This document shows, in pieces, positions 51,622-63,102 of a stretch of DNA of 64,000 bases; position 1 is the first letter of the stretch, and each line of letters begins with the position of its first letter. The notes beneath the pieces were generated by a model. It saw only the letters and a list, made by a program, of their open reading frames with translations, was not told where the DNA came from and made no database searches. The translations under genes and the position numbers were made by a program. This DNA comes from Tetramitus jugosus (lineage: Eukaryota > Protista > Heterolobosea), in NCBI GenBank assembly GCA_937625935.1, contig OW569388.1, positions 62,001-126,000 of the forward strand. The letters run 5' to 3'.

Positions 51622-52711
51622 ATGTTCTCACCATCCACATTCTATCTCACACAAGAAGAACTCCGAAATCTTCCCTCTGTACAAGAAAATTATACCCTAC
51701 CATCCATCACCACCACTACATCCAACAACAACACGAATACAACAAACAATGATCACAATCAAAACTATACAGTCATACCATTGATGACAACTAATCAATC
51801 AGGTCACATGAATGTTGGTCCCATATCCATCACTCAAGAATTAGCCTACAGAAAATATACATGTGCGTTTATTCAGGAGGCAGGAGTCAATTGTAAGATT
51901 CCTCAATTGACGATTGCAACTGCTCTTGTATTCTTTCAACGATTTTATGCATTTCATCGATTTCAGGATCAAGACAGACATGTATGTTTTTTTTGTATTG
52001 TTTTTTGTATTGTTTTTTTGTATTCTATGATGATCATGTAATAACATGTGTGTTTGTATATAGTTGGTAGCCACCACATGCATCTTCCTGTCCACCAAAG
52101 TAGAAGAAACACCACTAAAGATGGAAGTGGTCATACAAGCGAGTTACTTTGTTCAGCACAAGAAGGAGATTGTCATTGGTTCACCAGAGTACAAGCAACT
52201 GGAGGACAAGGTGTTGAGAATGGAACGGTTATTGTTGCAAACATTGAAATTTGATCTCAAGGTGGAGCATCCGTATCGTCACTTGTTGGCATTCCTCAAG
52301 AAGATTAACTCAACGGACAAGAGATTGGCTCAGACAGCGTGGAACTTTGTCAATGATAGTCTGAGAACGACACTGTGTCTCCAGTTCCCACCAGAGAAGA
52401 TTGCTGCATCAGTCATTTATCTGGCTGCAAAGTACATGGACATTATGGATCAGTTGCCATCCAATTGGTTGACTCAGGTGAACACGGATCAGGAAACAAC
52501 AGAGAACATTAGTACACAGATATTGGACTTGTACGAGGGATCAGAACACGCAACAAAGATTAAGCAGAGCGGTGGTGCGACTACTGCTCCGACCACTACT
52601 ACTACTGCTTCTTCTACTGGTAGCAGCAAGACAACAAATGAACAAGGATCTCATGATGAGCAGACCAGCAATGAAACGACAACGAACAGCAGCGAGATGA
52701 AGTGCGAATGA
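51622..52711 (+). CDS. Transcription cyclin (cyclin T/K family); 2 exons; start uncertain (alternative ATG 51469)
   Basis: TIATALVFFQRFY. Intron 51982-52063 joins to LVATTCIFLSTKVEE, followed by ERLLLQTLKFDL.VEHPY and LAQTAWNFVNDSLRTTLCLQF. Confidence 0.88.
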
Positions 52712-52738
52712 ACATTTTCTCAAATAAAAAATTTTGGT

Positions 52739-54916
52739 TTATTCCTGAGCGGTTGTAGTTGCATCTGAAGATTGTTCCTGTGGCGTATTGGTTGATTCAC
52801 CAGCAGGTTCTTGTTGTTGCTCTTCTAGTTTGGCAGTAGCTTCCTCACTCGGCCTCACAGCGTCATCTGCCTTCACAGCAGGTGCTTCTGCGTCCTGTTT
52901 TGCTTCATCAGATGATGGCAGAGTCTGTTGTTCCATACTGTCATGCTTCATTGCTACTCCAGCAGTGTTGTTATTCTCCGTAGCTAAAGCGGCAGTGGTA
53001 GTGGCAGCAGATGTCTCTTCCGTCTTTTGTGCAGCATCAGGGATCAACTTTTTTGCCCACCAGTGATCATTGCTATTGTTACATTGCCTCCAAAAGTCAT
53101 AGCGCATATTGTCTGATTCGTCATCCATCACTGCGATATTCTGTATCAATCCATTCAGTGCTTCATTATTCTTTGATTGAATTCTATTGATCAACAAGTT
53201 CCAGGTACTGTGATTGACGCAGGCAGCACTAGCAGAGAGGGAGAATGTTTCCAATGCAGACGCATCAAAGTACTTCTTTGCTTGTTCCAACAATTGAACA
53301 AAGTTGTTGATGGCATCGGTGCCGGCACTCAACTCTCCAATATCCTGTGTCACAATCTTTTGAATCACTTCATATCGTTGTTGAATATATTGAGACAGCT
53401 CTGTATTCTGTGACAACAATTGAGAAGATGCTTCGATAATGCTCTTTTGACATGCAGTGTACTGTCTCATGAAATCCCGTTGTGTTTCATCAGTCGTAAC
53501 AACTGCACCACCATCAACAACACCGACAGTCACATAGTCCAACACGCTCACCCATGTCATCAAGTCAAACAACTTGATAATAGAGTCACTGGATGCATAA
53601 TTCTGTTCACCTTGCTCCACAATGCACTTCTTGATAAAGTTTAGCGTATTTTCGCTGACAAACACTCTGAGTTCATACAGTTCTGCACTTGGTGCCGTCA
53701 TATTGTTTTGATGGTAGGCAGAGTAGAATGAGTTGAGAACCTTCTTGTCGAGGCACTCGTACAACACATAGGCCACACAGTCAACAATTTGAAGATGATC
53801 CATTTGAGCGCACAATAGTGCTTCAATGACTCGAGTCAAATGATTCTTGCTGCATTCGATACTCTGCATGGAAATGATCATTTGAGAGTTGTCTGTCAAG
53901 TGTTGTCTCTCCAATATCAGTGCATCAATGATTTTCATGACTTGAGACTCGTGTGGATTACTAGTCTTGATTCGCTTGGTCGGAGAAGCCATCTCAGAGT
54001 ACATGTCCTGTTGTTGTTGTTGTGTTTCTTCACGTGGTCTCTTCAAATCACCACTGCCACCAGTACTGCTGCCACCACCACCACCACCACTCGAGTAATC
54101 TGAAGATGTCGATGAGGATGATGACGATGATCCGTTCATGACATGACCTGATGACGATGATGGCTGTTGTTGTTCATGTGGTGATAGTTGCTGCTGTTGC
54201 TGTTGTTGTTGTTGCTGCTGCTGCTGATGCATCATGTATTGTAATTGTGTTTGTTGCATCTGCAATAGAACATTGCCCAATTGTGCCAATGGCAACTGAG
54301 AGATTTGAAGGTATTGGATGTACATTTGTTGTAGTTGACTAGGCACGGGTTGACCCTGTTGTTGCAACAGATTAATTTGTTGGTGCAACAGCATGTATTG
54401 TTGATGGAATGCTGCAATGACTTGTTGTTGTTGTGGTGGCAATTGCATCAATTGTTGTTGCTGTTGTTGAAATAGTTGTGCTTGTTGAGCTTGTTGTGCT
54501 TGTTGATAAAAGTCTGTGCCAGAACCACCTGTTCCTCCTGCACCACCACCACCTCCACTTCCACCACTACCACCGACTGCTTCATCATCTGGCTGTGGAT
54601 TGTGATAATAGTTCCAGATTCTCTCGGCCACAGGTCTCTTGTTACCAGTGACCTTGAGATTCAATTGTCGACAAATGTTTTTCAAATCAACCAACTTGTA
54701 GTTGCTAATCAACTCCTCGACAGATTCTCTAGAGTGATCACCTGATGTGACATTTTCTTGTTCATTGTCACTGCCACCACCACCGCCACCATTGGATCCT
54801 TCATCATTGGTAGGTGAAGATTCTTCTTCTTCTTCCTCATCATGTTGTTGAGTGGATGATGGTGCTTGTTGTTGTTGTAATGTGACTGGTGATTGTTGTT
54901 GTTCCATGGCTGACAT
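52739..54916 (-). CDS. SAP-domain (DNA-binding) protein with Q-rich region and helical C-terminal domain
   Basis: SAP motif YKLVDLKNICRQLNLKVTGNKRPVAERI; NLS-like KRPR and KRIK. Confidence 0.75.
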   Translation of the reverse strand: MSAMEQQQSPVTLQQQQAPSSTQQHDEEEEEESSPTNDEGSNGGGGGGSDNEQENVTSGDHSRESVEELISNYKLVDLKNICRQLNLKVTGNKRPVAERIWNYYHNPQPDDEAVGGSGGSGGGGGAGGTGGSGTDFYQQAQQAQQAQLFQQQQQQLMQLPPQQQQVIAAFHQQYMLLHQQINLLQQQGQPVPSQLQQMYIQYLQISQLPLAQLGNVLLQMQQTQLQYMMHQQQQQQQQQQQQQLSPHEQQQPSSSSGHVMNGSSSSSSSTSSDYSSGGGGGGSSTGGSGDLKRPREETQQQQQDMYSEMASPTKRIKTSNPHESQVMKIIDALILERQHLTDNSQMIISMQSIECSKNHLTRVIEALLCAQMDHLQIVDCVAYVLYECLDKKVLNSFYSAYHQNNMTAPSAELYELRVFVSENTLNFIKKCIVEQGEQNYASSDSIIKLFDLMTWVSVLDYVTVGVVDGGAVVTTDETQRDFMRQYTACQKSIIEASSQLLSQNTELSQYIQQRYEVIQKIVTQDIGELSAGTDAINNFVQLLEQAKKYFDASALETFSLSASAACVNHSTWNLLINRIQSKNNEALNGLIQNIAVMDDESDNMRYDFWRQCNNSNDHWWAKKLIPDAAQKTEETSAATTTAALATENNNTAGVAMKHDSMEQQTLPSSDEAKQDAEAPAVKADDAVRPSEEATAKLEEQQQEPAGESTNTPQEQSSDATTTAQE

Positions 54917-55699
54917 TTGCTGTATTTTTTATTTATTGTTGTTATTGTATTGTGAGAGAAAGAGAGAGACCAGAAACCAATCAAACGATTTTTTGGTGTA
55001 TGTGATCCAAAATATTTGTGTTGTTTGTTGAGTTCGAGAGACGAGCAAGGGTATATGTGAGTGTGTGAGTGTAGTTCAAACTGGAAAAAAATTTTTGTTC
55101 TCTTTCGAATGGAATTGAATAGGAGGACAAATTATTTTTTCTAATTTTTTGTTTCGATCAATTTTTGTTTCTATAACAGCGCTCTTGAGTTTTTTTCTTG
55201 TTTCTCCCCAAGAAGAGAAAACGGTGGTTAACAGCTTTTCCCTCTAAAAAATTACAACGTTGGTTGAACAATCAGATTTGTAAACGCTCCGATTGAACTT
55301 CAAGGAGATCACTGAAGCGGGGCGGGTTGGCTGAAAACGGATCTGAACAAAAAGCAGGTTGACGTGTTGATTAGAACCGTGTTTGCGCAAACTGTAGATG
55401 AGAACCTACTTTTTGTTATTCGATTGAGATTGACTTGTCGGATGTGCTTTACTGATGAGTGACTTCATTCACTATTCTTTGAGATTGACCTGGACAGCCA
55501 GTCCGTCGTTCATAAAACTCCACTGTGACCGAGAAACAACAGCAGAAGTTTCAAGTTCCGCCTGAAGCATTGTTTTCTTCCTTTTCGTCGGAGTAAATAA
55601 CTCTGAACCGGAAATAAGCTTTGAAAAAGCAAAAGGAAGAAACAACAAAAAACAGAGAGAAGATATATCATCGATAAAAGCTGCAAATTCATCCAATCC

Positions 55700-57049
55700 A
55701 TGGTCTACCTAATCCAACAGATATTGGATCATTGGCTAACGACCACTCTGATCATCACAAACACTGTCATATGGTTCTGTGTCAATCAATTTCGAGTCCC
55801 CACACAATCCGTCTCATTCAACTATAAGCTCATTGTTGCGGATGGTCAGTGGTGGAGAATTGTGACAAGTGCATTCTCTCACTATTCATTTATGCACATT
55901 TTGTTCAACATGTTCTCACTCTGGAGTTTCCGCTTCTTAGAAGTGCTGTATGGTCAGGTTCTCTATGTTGAACTCACACTGTTGTTGTTGATTCTCAGCT
56001 CAGTGTTCACTCTGTTGTTCTACAAGGCATTGATGCGATTTTTACACTGGAATCACTATTATGAACATGTGCATGCAGTGGGCTACTCTGCTGTCATCTT
56101 TGGTCTGTTGACTGTTGGATCACTTTTGAATCCCAAGGGAAAAATTGAATTGTTGTTCGGTTTGAAAATACCGTCCATGGTCGTTCCCTTTTTCTATCTT
56201 GTTGTGAGTAGTCTGTTGTTCCCACAGGCGAGTTTTGTGGGTCATTTGAGCGGTATATTGGCGGGTCTGACGGAGCGCTTTGTCTTCTCTTACTGGCTAT
56301 ACAAGATTCCCTATCACATCTCGCTGATTGTCATGTCTGTTGGCTTCTTGATTGCCATGGCATGGAGCTTGAAGCTTCATAATCGATTTTTCAATCGCGG
56401 TAATGGAGGAAGAGGCAGCTCAGATGGTAGTGGTGCTGTCGATAGTACCATTATTGGCGATACGAGTATTGTTGGAAGTGTATTCCCCGGTATTTCAAGG
56501 TTGAATCCTTGGAGGCGTAATGTTGGATCCAGTAGTGGTGGATTTACAATGCTGAATGGTATGCTAGTGCCAAGAAATTCTGCCTCTGCTGGACTAAGCA
56601 ACGGACAACCCATATCGGGAAGAGTTCTAGGTAGTGCATCTCCTGCTGATCGCACCAATTCATCATTGATTAACAATGCAGGGCAAGCTGCTCTTGCTCG
56701 ATTCAACGCTAGCAGTAACAGTAGTGCACAGACGATCAGTCCATCTGCTTCTCAATCGAACCAAGGAGCCACTACCATTTCAATTGAGCAACAACCCTAT
56801 ACGTTTGTTGATTTAACCTCAGAATATCACGGATCTAATAGCGTTGAACAAGATCAGTCCCCCAAACAAGCAAGGAATGTTATTGTTCACAGCAGTACCA
56901 ATAGCAATCCTCACTCCATCAATAATGTGAGCAACAATGGCATGAAGCAGAATGATGATGCTATTTTTGATCTCCAGTATCAAGATACATTGCTACATGA
57001 TGAAACTGAGGACCATTTATTGCTTCAAAGAGGTCATGACAGCCATTAG
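55700..57049 (+). CDS. Rhomboid-family intramembrane serine protease (RHBDD1-like) with long disordered C-tail
   Basis: WWRIVTS, HILFNM, catalytic GYSAV and GHLSG. Confidence 0.88.
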   Translation: MVYLIQQILDHWLTTTLIITNTVIWFCVNQFRVPTQSVSFNYKLIVADGQWWRIVTSAFSHYSFMHILFNMFSLWSFRFLEVLYGQVLYVELTLLLLILSSVFTLLFYKALMRFLHWNHYYEHVHAVGYSAVIFGLLTVGSLLNPKGKIELLFGLKIPSMVVPFFYLVVSSLLFPQASFVGHLSGILAGLTERFVFSYWLYKIPYHISLIVMSVGFLIAMAWSLKLHNRFFNRGNGGRGSSDGSGAVDSTIIGDTSIVGSVFPGISRLNPWRRNVGSSSGGFTMLNGMLVPRNSASAGLSNGQPISGRVLGSASPADRTNSSLINNAGQAALARFNASSNSSAQTISPSASQSNQGATTISIEQQPYTFVDLTSEYHGSNSVEQDQSPKQARNVIVHSSTNSNPHSINNVSNNGMKQNDDAIFDLQYQDTLLHDETEDHLLLQRGHDSH

Positions 57050-57147
57050 TTTGTTTAGTTGTAAATAATGCGTTGTTCGAAAATTACCTTCTTCGCGCTC
57101 TTTTTTTTACAGAGAAACTTGAATCATTTTCGAAGCTGAAAGAACTG

Positions 57148-57540
57148 ATGGAACTTCAAAATCAAGACATGGAAGAGATAGGTAACAGTTCACCTCAAGT
57201 GGGTGTACAAGCTAACAGTCAACACGAAGCAGATAATAGCTGGTTTCAGACGGTCTCTCATTTCATAAACAAGATGCTTGATGGTATGTTTTATGCAAAT
57301 TTAAGAACCTTGAGGAATTCTCTGACTCAACTCGATTCAAATCTCATTGCAGGAGGGGAATGGCTGGGGGAGCAACTTATGGGAATTTTAGGTTACACTG
57401 ACTCCCGGTTTCAAGACGAGATCCACCAACATGAACTCCAATCGTACTTGAGGAAATTGAATGAAGGAACTGACGATAATCAAAAGCAAGAAACAAAAGA
57501 AGCAGAGCTGACAGATCCAGAAGGTTTTGACTACAAATAA
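57148..57540 (+). CDS. Small hypothetical protein, possibly FAM177-like
   Basis: ATG at 57148. GEWLGEQLMGILGYTDSRFQDEI resembles my recollection of the FAM177 core (GEKLAxxLGITxPKYQYAI); not verified by search. Confidence 0.5.
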   Translation: MELQNQDMEEIGNSSPQVGVQANSQHEADNSWFQTVSHFINKMLDGMFYANLRTLRNSLTQLDSNLIAGGEWLGEQLMGILGYTDSRFQDEIHQHELQSYLRKLNEGTDDNQKQETKEAELTDPEGFDYK

Positions 57541-57885
57541 AGGAATTATCTGATTTCCATTGAAACTCATGATACAACATGCCCGTGATTCAATGGTAGG
57601 GAATACAACTGAAACTTCTGTTTACGGAACGGAGTCAGGCTTTTGACCCCAAACCGCACAGCGAGTCACCCAACGATGAATTGAAGTTGATCTGCTTTAA
57701 CTCACTTCGTCCCACTTTAAAGTCATCATCGAACTTTTAAGCATAACTGACTGTCAGCTTGGTATTTGACCGCCCTTTTGTAAAGTGGAACGGAAATCTA
57801 TTTTTGATTTTATTGCGATCAAGCGAACACAACAAAATAATCCATCCCCATTCTGTGGTGCCAAACAACAACAAACACATAAAGA

Positions 57886-58855
57886 ATGTCTCGACTCCAA
57901 AACTTGCACCCCCTTGTGACTCAATTCAAGGAGGCCGTGGATAAAGATCCTTCCAAGGCAATGACATTGCTCACTCAATTAAAGGTATATTTTGAGATCT
58001 CAACGCACACATGTTTCACTCTCTCGTTTTTTGATATCAATCAATATCTTTTTGTGAATGCTAACAATTGTGAATATTTTGTCTCATTTTACTTTGCGTC
58101 GGATACGACTCTTATTGAAACATCACACCAATATTATGATCTTGTTGTAGAAACGATTTATTACATTGAGTACCTTTTTACCAACCGGTACTGCCACCAC
58201 AGTGAGCACCCTCACAAAGGAACAAAAGGAAGAGGTGCAACTCGTGAGAGAAACACTAGAGTATGCAACTCTGCTCTGTGCCAAATTGAGAGACTTGTCC
58301 GCATTTGAACTCAATTTCAGTCAAGTCAAATCGTACTTTTCACGAACAGACATTGAAAAATCAGACAGAGAGTACTTGATATTGGGATTGAACTTGTTGC
58401 GATTGTTGTCTCAGAACAGAATTGCAGAGTTTCACACCGAATTGGAGCTCATTCCTATTGCTCAACACTCGAACATGTACATTAAGCAACCGATTGAAAT
58501 TGAGTTGTTTTTGATGGAGGGATCGTATCACAAGCTACGAAATGCACGTGACAAGGTACCTGCTGACGAATACCTGGTGTTCATGGACATTATGATGGAA
58601 ACAGTGAGAAAGGAGATTGCAGACTGCATGGAGAAGGCTTACAAGTCACTCGATTTGTCCGACGCTCAAAAATTATTGTTTGTTGACAGTGCATCCCAAT
58701 TGTCTCAATTTGTACAGATGAGAAACTGGAGTGTCAATGGTACGGTCATTCACTTTGTGAACCCAAATGAAGCAAAGAGTACATTTACTGACGGTGCAAA
58801 CGATATCATTGGAAGAACATTGACCTATGCCAAGGAATTGGAAAGAATTGTGTAA
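57886..58855 (+). CDS. RPN12: 26S proteasome regulatory subunit Rpn12/PSMD8; 2 exons
   Basis: Exons 57886-57984 and 58151-58855. Motifs LGLNLLRLLSQNRIAEFHTELE, LMEGSY, TVRKEIA.C.EKAY and YAKELERIV. Confidence 0.95.
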
Positions 58856-58998
58856 AAAACCGAATAACAATCACTGTGAATGAACAACACACGCTCTTCT
58901 CTGACCTTGCTTTTTTGAAGCTTCACCCAAAATGAGATCTGATCCAATTTTCTTCTTTATTCAAAAACAACAAACACACATTCCGAGAAGCAACATTG

Positions 58999-60183
58999 AT
59001 GATGCGCCATAACAATTTGAAGAGCGTGAACCGATGCTTTGCCACAGTACGAACAATAATGGGCCATCACCGCCCGTGCACAGTACCCTCCATCACAACA
59101 ACAATTCAATCTTTCACTCCACAACAACAACCAATGATGATCCACAGCAACAACAACAATATGATGACGAGTTGTTGTTACTATCACACAAACATTGTTC
59201 ATCAACAACAACAACAACAACAACAGAACAATATAGAAGATGAACATGAGGATGATGACAATATCGATAATGAGCCCATGTCTCTCTTTGATCGCATCAT
59301 TTACATGGTTCAACTGGGATCCATCAAGGACAATAAACAAGAATTGGAACAATTGTTGGAAGATTGTTTGGTGAATGATGACAAGAAGAGTGAATTCTAT
59401 GGAAATCGATCCAAGCAAATTCAATTGATGAATGCAGTGTTTAGTTATGCAATTGATTGTGGAAATGTTGCCATTCTGCAGTACATTCTCAATCGTCATA
59501 ACAACAATAGCAATAGCAACGAATTGCTGGATTTTCGTACAATGATTGACATGGATGGTGAGAGCTTGTTGAACGAGTTGGAGAGTGCCATTGGAGCAGG
59601 TGGTGAGAGAAGAGTGCCAGTGGTTCAATTGTTGATGAATCGGTTGGGCGAAATGGATCCAACAGGCAAGTTGAGCTTTAGACATTTGTTGACTCATGTG
59701 TACAGTGGTGATTTGGCAATGACCAAGTTCCTATTGGAGAATTATTATCAGAATCCAGTGTTTTTCCATTCGGTCAACCCGAATCATCACAATAGAGAAA
59801 CTGGCAACACAATCTTGCATTTGGCTGCTCAAAATTTTAGAGTCGACACTGTTCGATACTTGTTGGAAGAGCAAAAGCATGCCAAAATTCAAATGAATCA
59901 TCGTAATGTCTCTTCATTTACTCCTCTGGAATCATTGATTCATCGAGTGGTGCTGAGATCGGAGAACAGACAAGCGGTAGATACAATCTTGTTGAAAAAT
60001 GAAGAGCATCAAGCAGCATTGGAAACGGCAGCCTTGTTGGACAAGCATGGATCCACCATTTCCAATCATGCAATCATTGAGAGAGCAGGAAGTGATTTTG
60101 TACTCTTGTTGGAGAAACAATACGAGGCGGCAAAGGAGAACTTTGAGGAGAGTGTCAACTTTCACAAGCAATTCAGCGAATAA
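58999..60183 (+). CDS. Ankyrin-repeat protein, possibly with a mitochondrial-type presequence
   Basis: TGNTILHLAAQ...VRYLLE, AIDCGNVAILQYIL and FTPLE motifs. The N-terminus is R-rich and acid-free. Confidence 0.75.
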   Translation: MMRHNNLKSVNRCFATVRTIMGHHRPCTVPSITTTIQSFTPQQQPMMIHSNNNNMMTSCCYYHTNIVHQQQQQQQQNNIEDEHEDDDNIDNEPMSLFDRIIYMVQLGSIKDNKQELEQLLEDCLVNDDKKSEFYGNRSKQIQLMNAVFSYAIDCGNVAILQYILNRHNNNSNSNELLDFRTMIDMDGESLLNELESAIGAGGERRVPVVQLLMNRLGEMDPTGKLSFRHLLTHVYSGDLAMTKFLLENYYQNPVFFHSVNPNHHNRETGNTILHLAAQNFRVDTVRYLLEEQKHAKIQMNHRNVSSFTPLESLIHRVVLRSENRQAVDTILLKNEEHQAALETAALLDKHGSTISNHAIIERAGSDFVLLLEKQYEAAKENFEESVNFHKQFSE

Positions 60184-60214
60184 AGATATCGTTCGCTCAA
60201 TATGCTTCACTATT

Positions 60215-61954
60215 TTATTTAGATGCTGACTCGCGTATACAACGAGGGCATTTGCAGAAGAAGAGGTACTTGGAGTAGAGAGCCTTTCGTCGATTTCTCA
60301 CATCCATTGCGTCATCAATATAAGAAATACAGATTTCATCATCCTTGTGGATGTCTTTGAGGGCAACTACACGAACGGATCGGTCTGTTCGAGAACACAT
60401 TGTAACAACATTCGGTTCACATGAATGATTCATACAGTTATGAAATGAGAATACTCCCGTTCCCGTCACACACAATCTCTGTAGCTTCTGACTGTATTGA
60501 AGAACAATCGGTAGGAGAGCATCAGCAGACTTGGCACCCACAATTGGTAGTTTCTCACTCTGACATATTTGTTTCAGCAGTGGAAGTGAAATGGTATCTT
60601 TCTGACTCACAAGCTGCTGCAACATGAGATGCACGTCTGTAATGGGATGCAGTGTCGATGCATTCCTAAGAATGAGTCCATTCAATTGTCGATACACATG
60701 AACATTAAACAAATAATCTTCGATTGCTGTTTTGTTCTCCTCACTCAATCCACTCACATTCATCATGATACTCTCCTTGATGAGTTGAATCGCGAGGGAA
60801 TCTCTCTCATGGAGCTCTTTGTTGGCAATAAATCGTTCAAACACATCAAAGCAATCCTCCAAGATCAACGAAATGTGTTGATCTGAATCTATCGGTTGTT
60901 GTAATCGAGTGATCACCCGTTGCACAACAAATGCCAACATTTTCGATATCAAGAGAGGATTAGTTCGCTGTTGTAACATTGACATTCTCTCCAATATCAC
61001 ATAGGGATGAGGATCTTGTTCGGTTCGCTTTGTTTTTGTGCACCGCGTACACAACAAGTTATGATACTGATCCCAGGACACACTCCTACACTTTTCACTA
61101 CAATATCGAACAAGGTTACACTCCTCACACGCAATCGAATTCTTGACACTCAATCCCTTCCACTCAATTCTACTATCCACTCCTCCATTGTCATTCAAAA
61201 TACTTGATGAATCACCACCAGTGCACAATGATCGAACACACTCCAACGCACTATCAAACGTAAATCGCTTCAAGCAATGATGACAAAAATTGGTATCTGC
61301 AGTAGCATTCGTCGCCGTCGTCATCATCATTTGTACATTGGCAGTCGAAACAATCGGTTCTTCCTCAAACACCACTTCACCACTCTTTACAACACTCTCT
61401 CGCTTCGAAACAACAACTTTTCCCAGAGTCGCATCTCTGAATGCAATCGCAACACCACTCGTACCAACACCACCTTCATCAGATGATAATCCTTGATTAT
61501 AGCGCAATTCAACCAACAATGGCTCTAATTTCTTATTCAATTCTTCATGGTACCACTTGTTTTCAAATTCCAAAATTTCATCATTCACCTTCTTATTACT
61601 TGGATTGACCAATTGTTTCTTCCAATATTGATTCAATGTTTCCATTGCTTGATCAATATTGTGCTTCAATGAGATCCATCTTTGTTTTTGCTTCAAAATT
61701 TCAAATTTTGTTTCTTGTGTCTTTTGCCATTGATGAAACCACGCTTGTTCTTCCTGCTGTTGTTGGTTTTTATCATCATCAACAACACTCTTGTCTTGTT
61801 GTCGATTCTTGAACAACAAATGAGAGAGAATGAGATGATTGCACTGCTCAATGAGAACAAGTGATGCTTGTTCGTCGTTGTTGTTGTTTGAGGCTTGTTG
61901 CAATAGTGTCTCACATTGATGCAAGAGATTTTCATCGTGTTGATGAACGCTCAT
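60215..61954 (-). CDS. SET and MYND domain lysine methyltransferase (SMYD family); start uncertain
   Basis: GEVVFEEEP, MYND CHHC...CEEC..VRYCSEKC....W...H...C, NHSCEPN, EICISYI and post-SET FFCKCPRC. First in-frame ATG is at 61954; the frame is open to 62122. Confidence 0.9.
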   Translation of the reverse strand: MSVHQHDENLLHQCETLLQQASNNNNDEQASLVLIEQCNHLILSHLLFKNRQQDKSVVDDDKNQQQQEEQAWFHQWQKTQETKFEILKQKQRWISLKHNIDQAMETLNQYWKKQLVNPSNKKVNDEILEFENKWYHEELNKKLEPLLVELRYNQGLSSDEGGVGTSGVAIAFRDATLGKVVVSKRESVVKSGEVVFEEEPIVSTANVQMMMTTATNATADTNFCHHCLKRFTFDSALECVRSLCTGGDSSSILNDNGGVDSRIEWKGLSVKNSIACEECNLVRYCSEKCRSVSWDQYHNLLCTRCTKTKRTEQDPHPYVILERMSMLQQRTNPLLISKMLAFVVQRVITRLQQPIDSDQHISLILEDCFDVFERFIANKELHERDSLAIQLIKESIMMNVSGLSEENKTAIEDYLFNVHVYRQLNGLILRNASTLHPITDVHLMLQQLVSQKDTISLPLLKQICQSEKLPIVGAKSADALLPIVLQYSQKLQRLCVTGTGVFSFHNCMNHSCEPNVVTMCSRTDRSVRVVALKDIHKDDEICISYIDDAMDVRNRRKALYSKYLFFCKCPRCIRESASK

Positions 61955-62401
61955 TCTTCTCAGCTCTGTTTTGCGAGATCGCAGAATGTTTTTTTGGGAG
62001 AGGTACTTTGTGTGAATTTGCAAGCTCTCCAAAAGGAGTTGATCGTATGCAATTTCGTCAACAGGACAATGTACGTAAACTGTAGATAAGGTAGCACACA
62101 ACAATCCAGAACCGAACGACACTTGTCAAAAAAAAGGCAATTACGAAAAAAATCTGGCGAGCCTTCAATTGTCAATCAGGATAGTATTGCGGACATGCCG
62201 CCAACAAATTATTTTTGTGCCCCAGACTGCTGAGCGGATTCTCAAAGCATAATCCCCTATCAGAGTTCACTATGTGTTTGTGGGAGAAGCATCACACAAC
62301 AACCCATCACACAAAAGAAACAACATCACCACTCTCAAGATCCTCTTATCAAGAGCTAAATACTGAAGTTAGTTCCTTATACTGTTGTCCAATTCATCAC
62401 A

Positions 62402-62875
62402 ATGCATATTGAAGACCAAGAACGGATACCATTGAAGGGTTCTTCCACCACCATCAGTGCAATTGACAGAGTACGGAACGCAAATAGTATGAGTACTCGC
62501 TCTCCAGCATCTCCAGTATGCAGCTCTTCTGCCTCAGTGGCATCTCCACCACATCTACAGGAAAGCAAGGACGATGACGACGTCGAAACCACTCACTACT
62601 ACTACAACTCGACTGAGGAGCGATATCTTTCCAATCAGAAGCGATTTAATTCAATTCTCAAGGAGGAGAATCAAGAGGATAGTAGCAACAGCAGAAGTAT
62701 TTTGTCCAGACTTAAGATTCTGGTCTACCTAGGATTGATGTGCTTGGTACTGTTAGTAGGTCTAGTGGCTATCAGTGCATTCTTTTTCGTGTTTCGGGTT
62801 GTGAGCACCAATCACACGCCCGTGAAAACGAGTCCTGCAGTGAAAGATCCTTCTCCCTCACCAAAATTTGTCTAA
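62402..62875 (+). CDS. Small hypothetical single-pass membrane protein
   Basis: 157-aa ATG ORF with one hydrophobic helix (ILVYLGLMCLVLLVGLVAISAFFFVF). Confidence 0.6.
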   Translation: MHIEDQERIPLKGSSTTISAIDRVRNANSMSTRSPASPVCSSSASVASPPHLQESKDDDDVETTHYYYNSTEERYLSNQKRFNSILKEENQEDSSNSRSILSRLKILVYLGLMCLVLLVGLVAISAFFFVFRVVSTNHTPVKTSPAVKDPSPSPKFV

Positions 62876-63102
62876 TTCTTGCGGGATTGATTGATGATTG
62901 CGTAATCAACTCTTTCATCCTTAAATCTAGATATCGAGGAAAACAGCGACCGAAACGTGTTGGCCTTGAAATCATTTGTACCTCTACGATGTCCATTATA
63001 ATTCTCTCGGCAATCAACGAACCGAACCGAGAGTGACAACTATTTACTGTGAACGAAGTCTAAATAGATAACAACTTTTTCATAAATAACTTAACATTCA
63101 AT

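Noticed and set aside
58957-59697. 246-aa antisense ORF over the ankyrin gene
   Set aside because: Mirror of CAA/AAC-rich sense codons (poly-L/V); no independent features.
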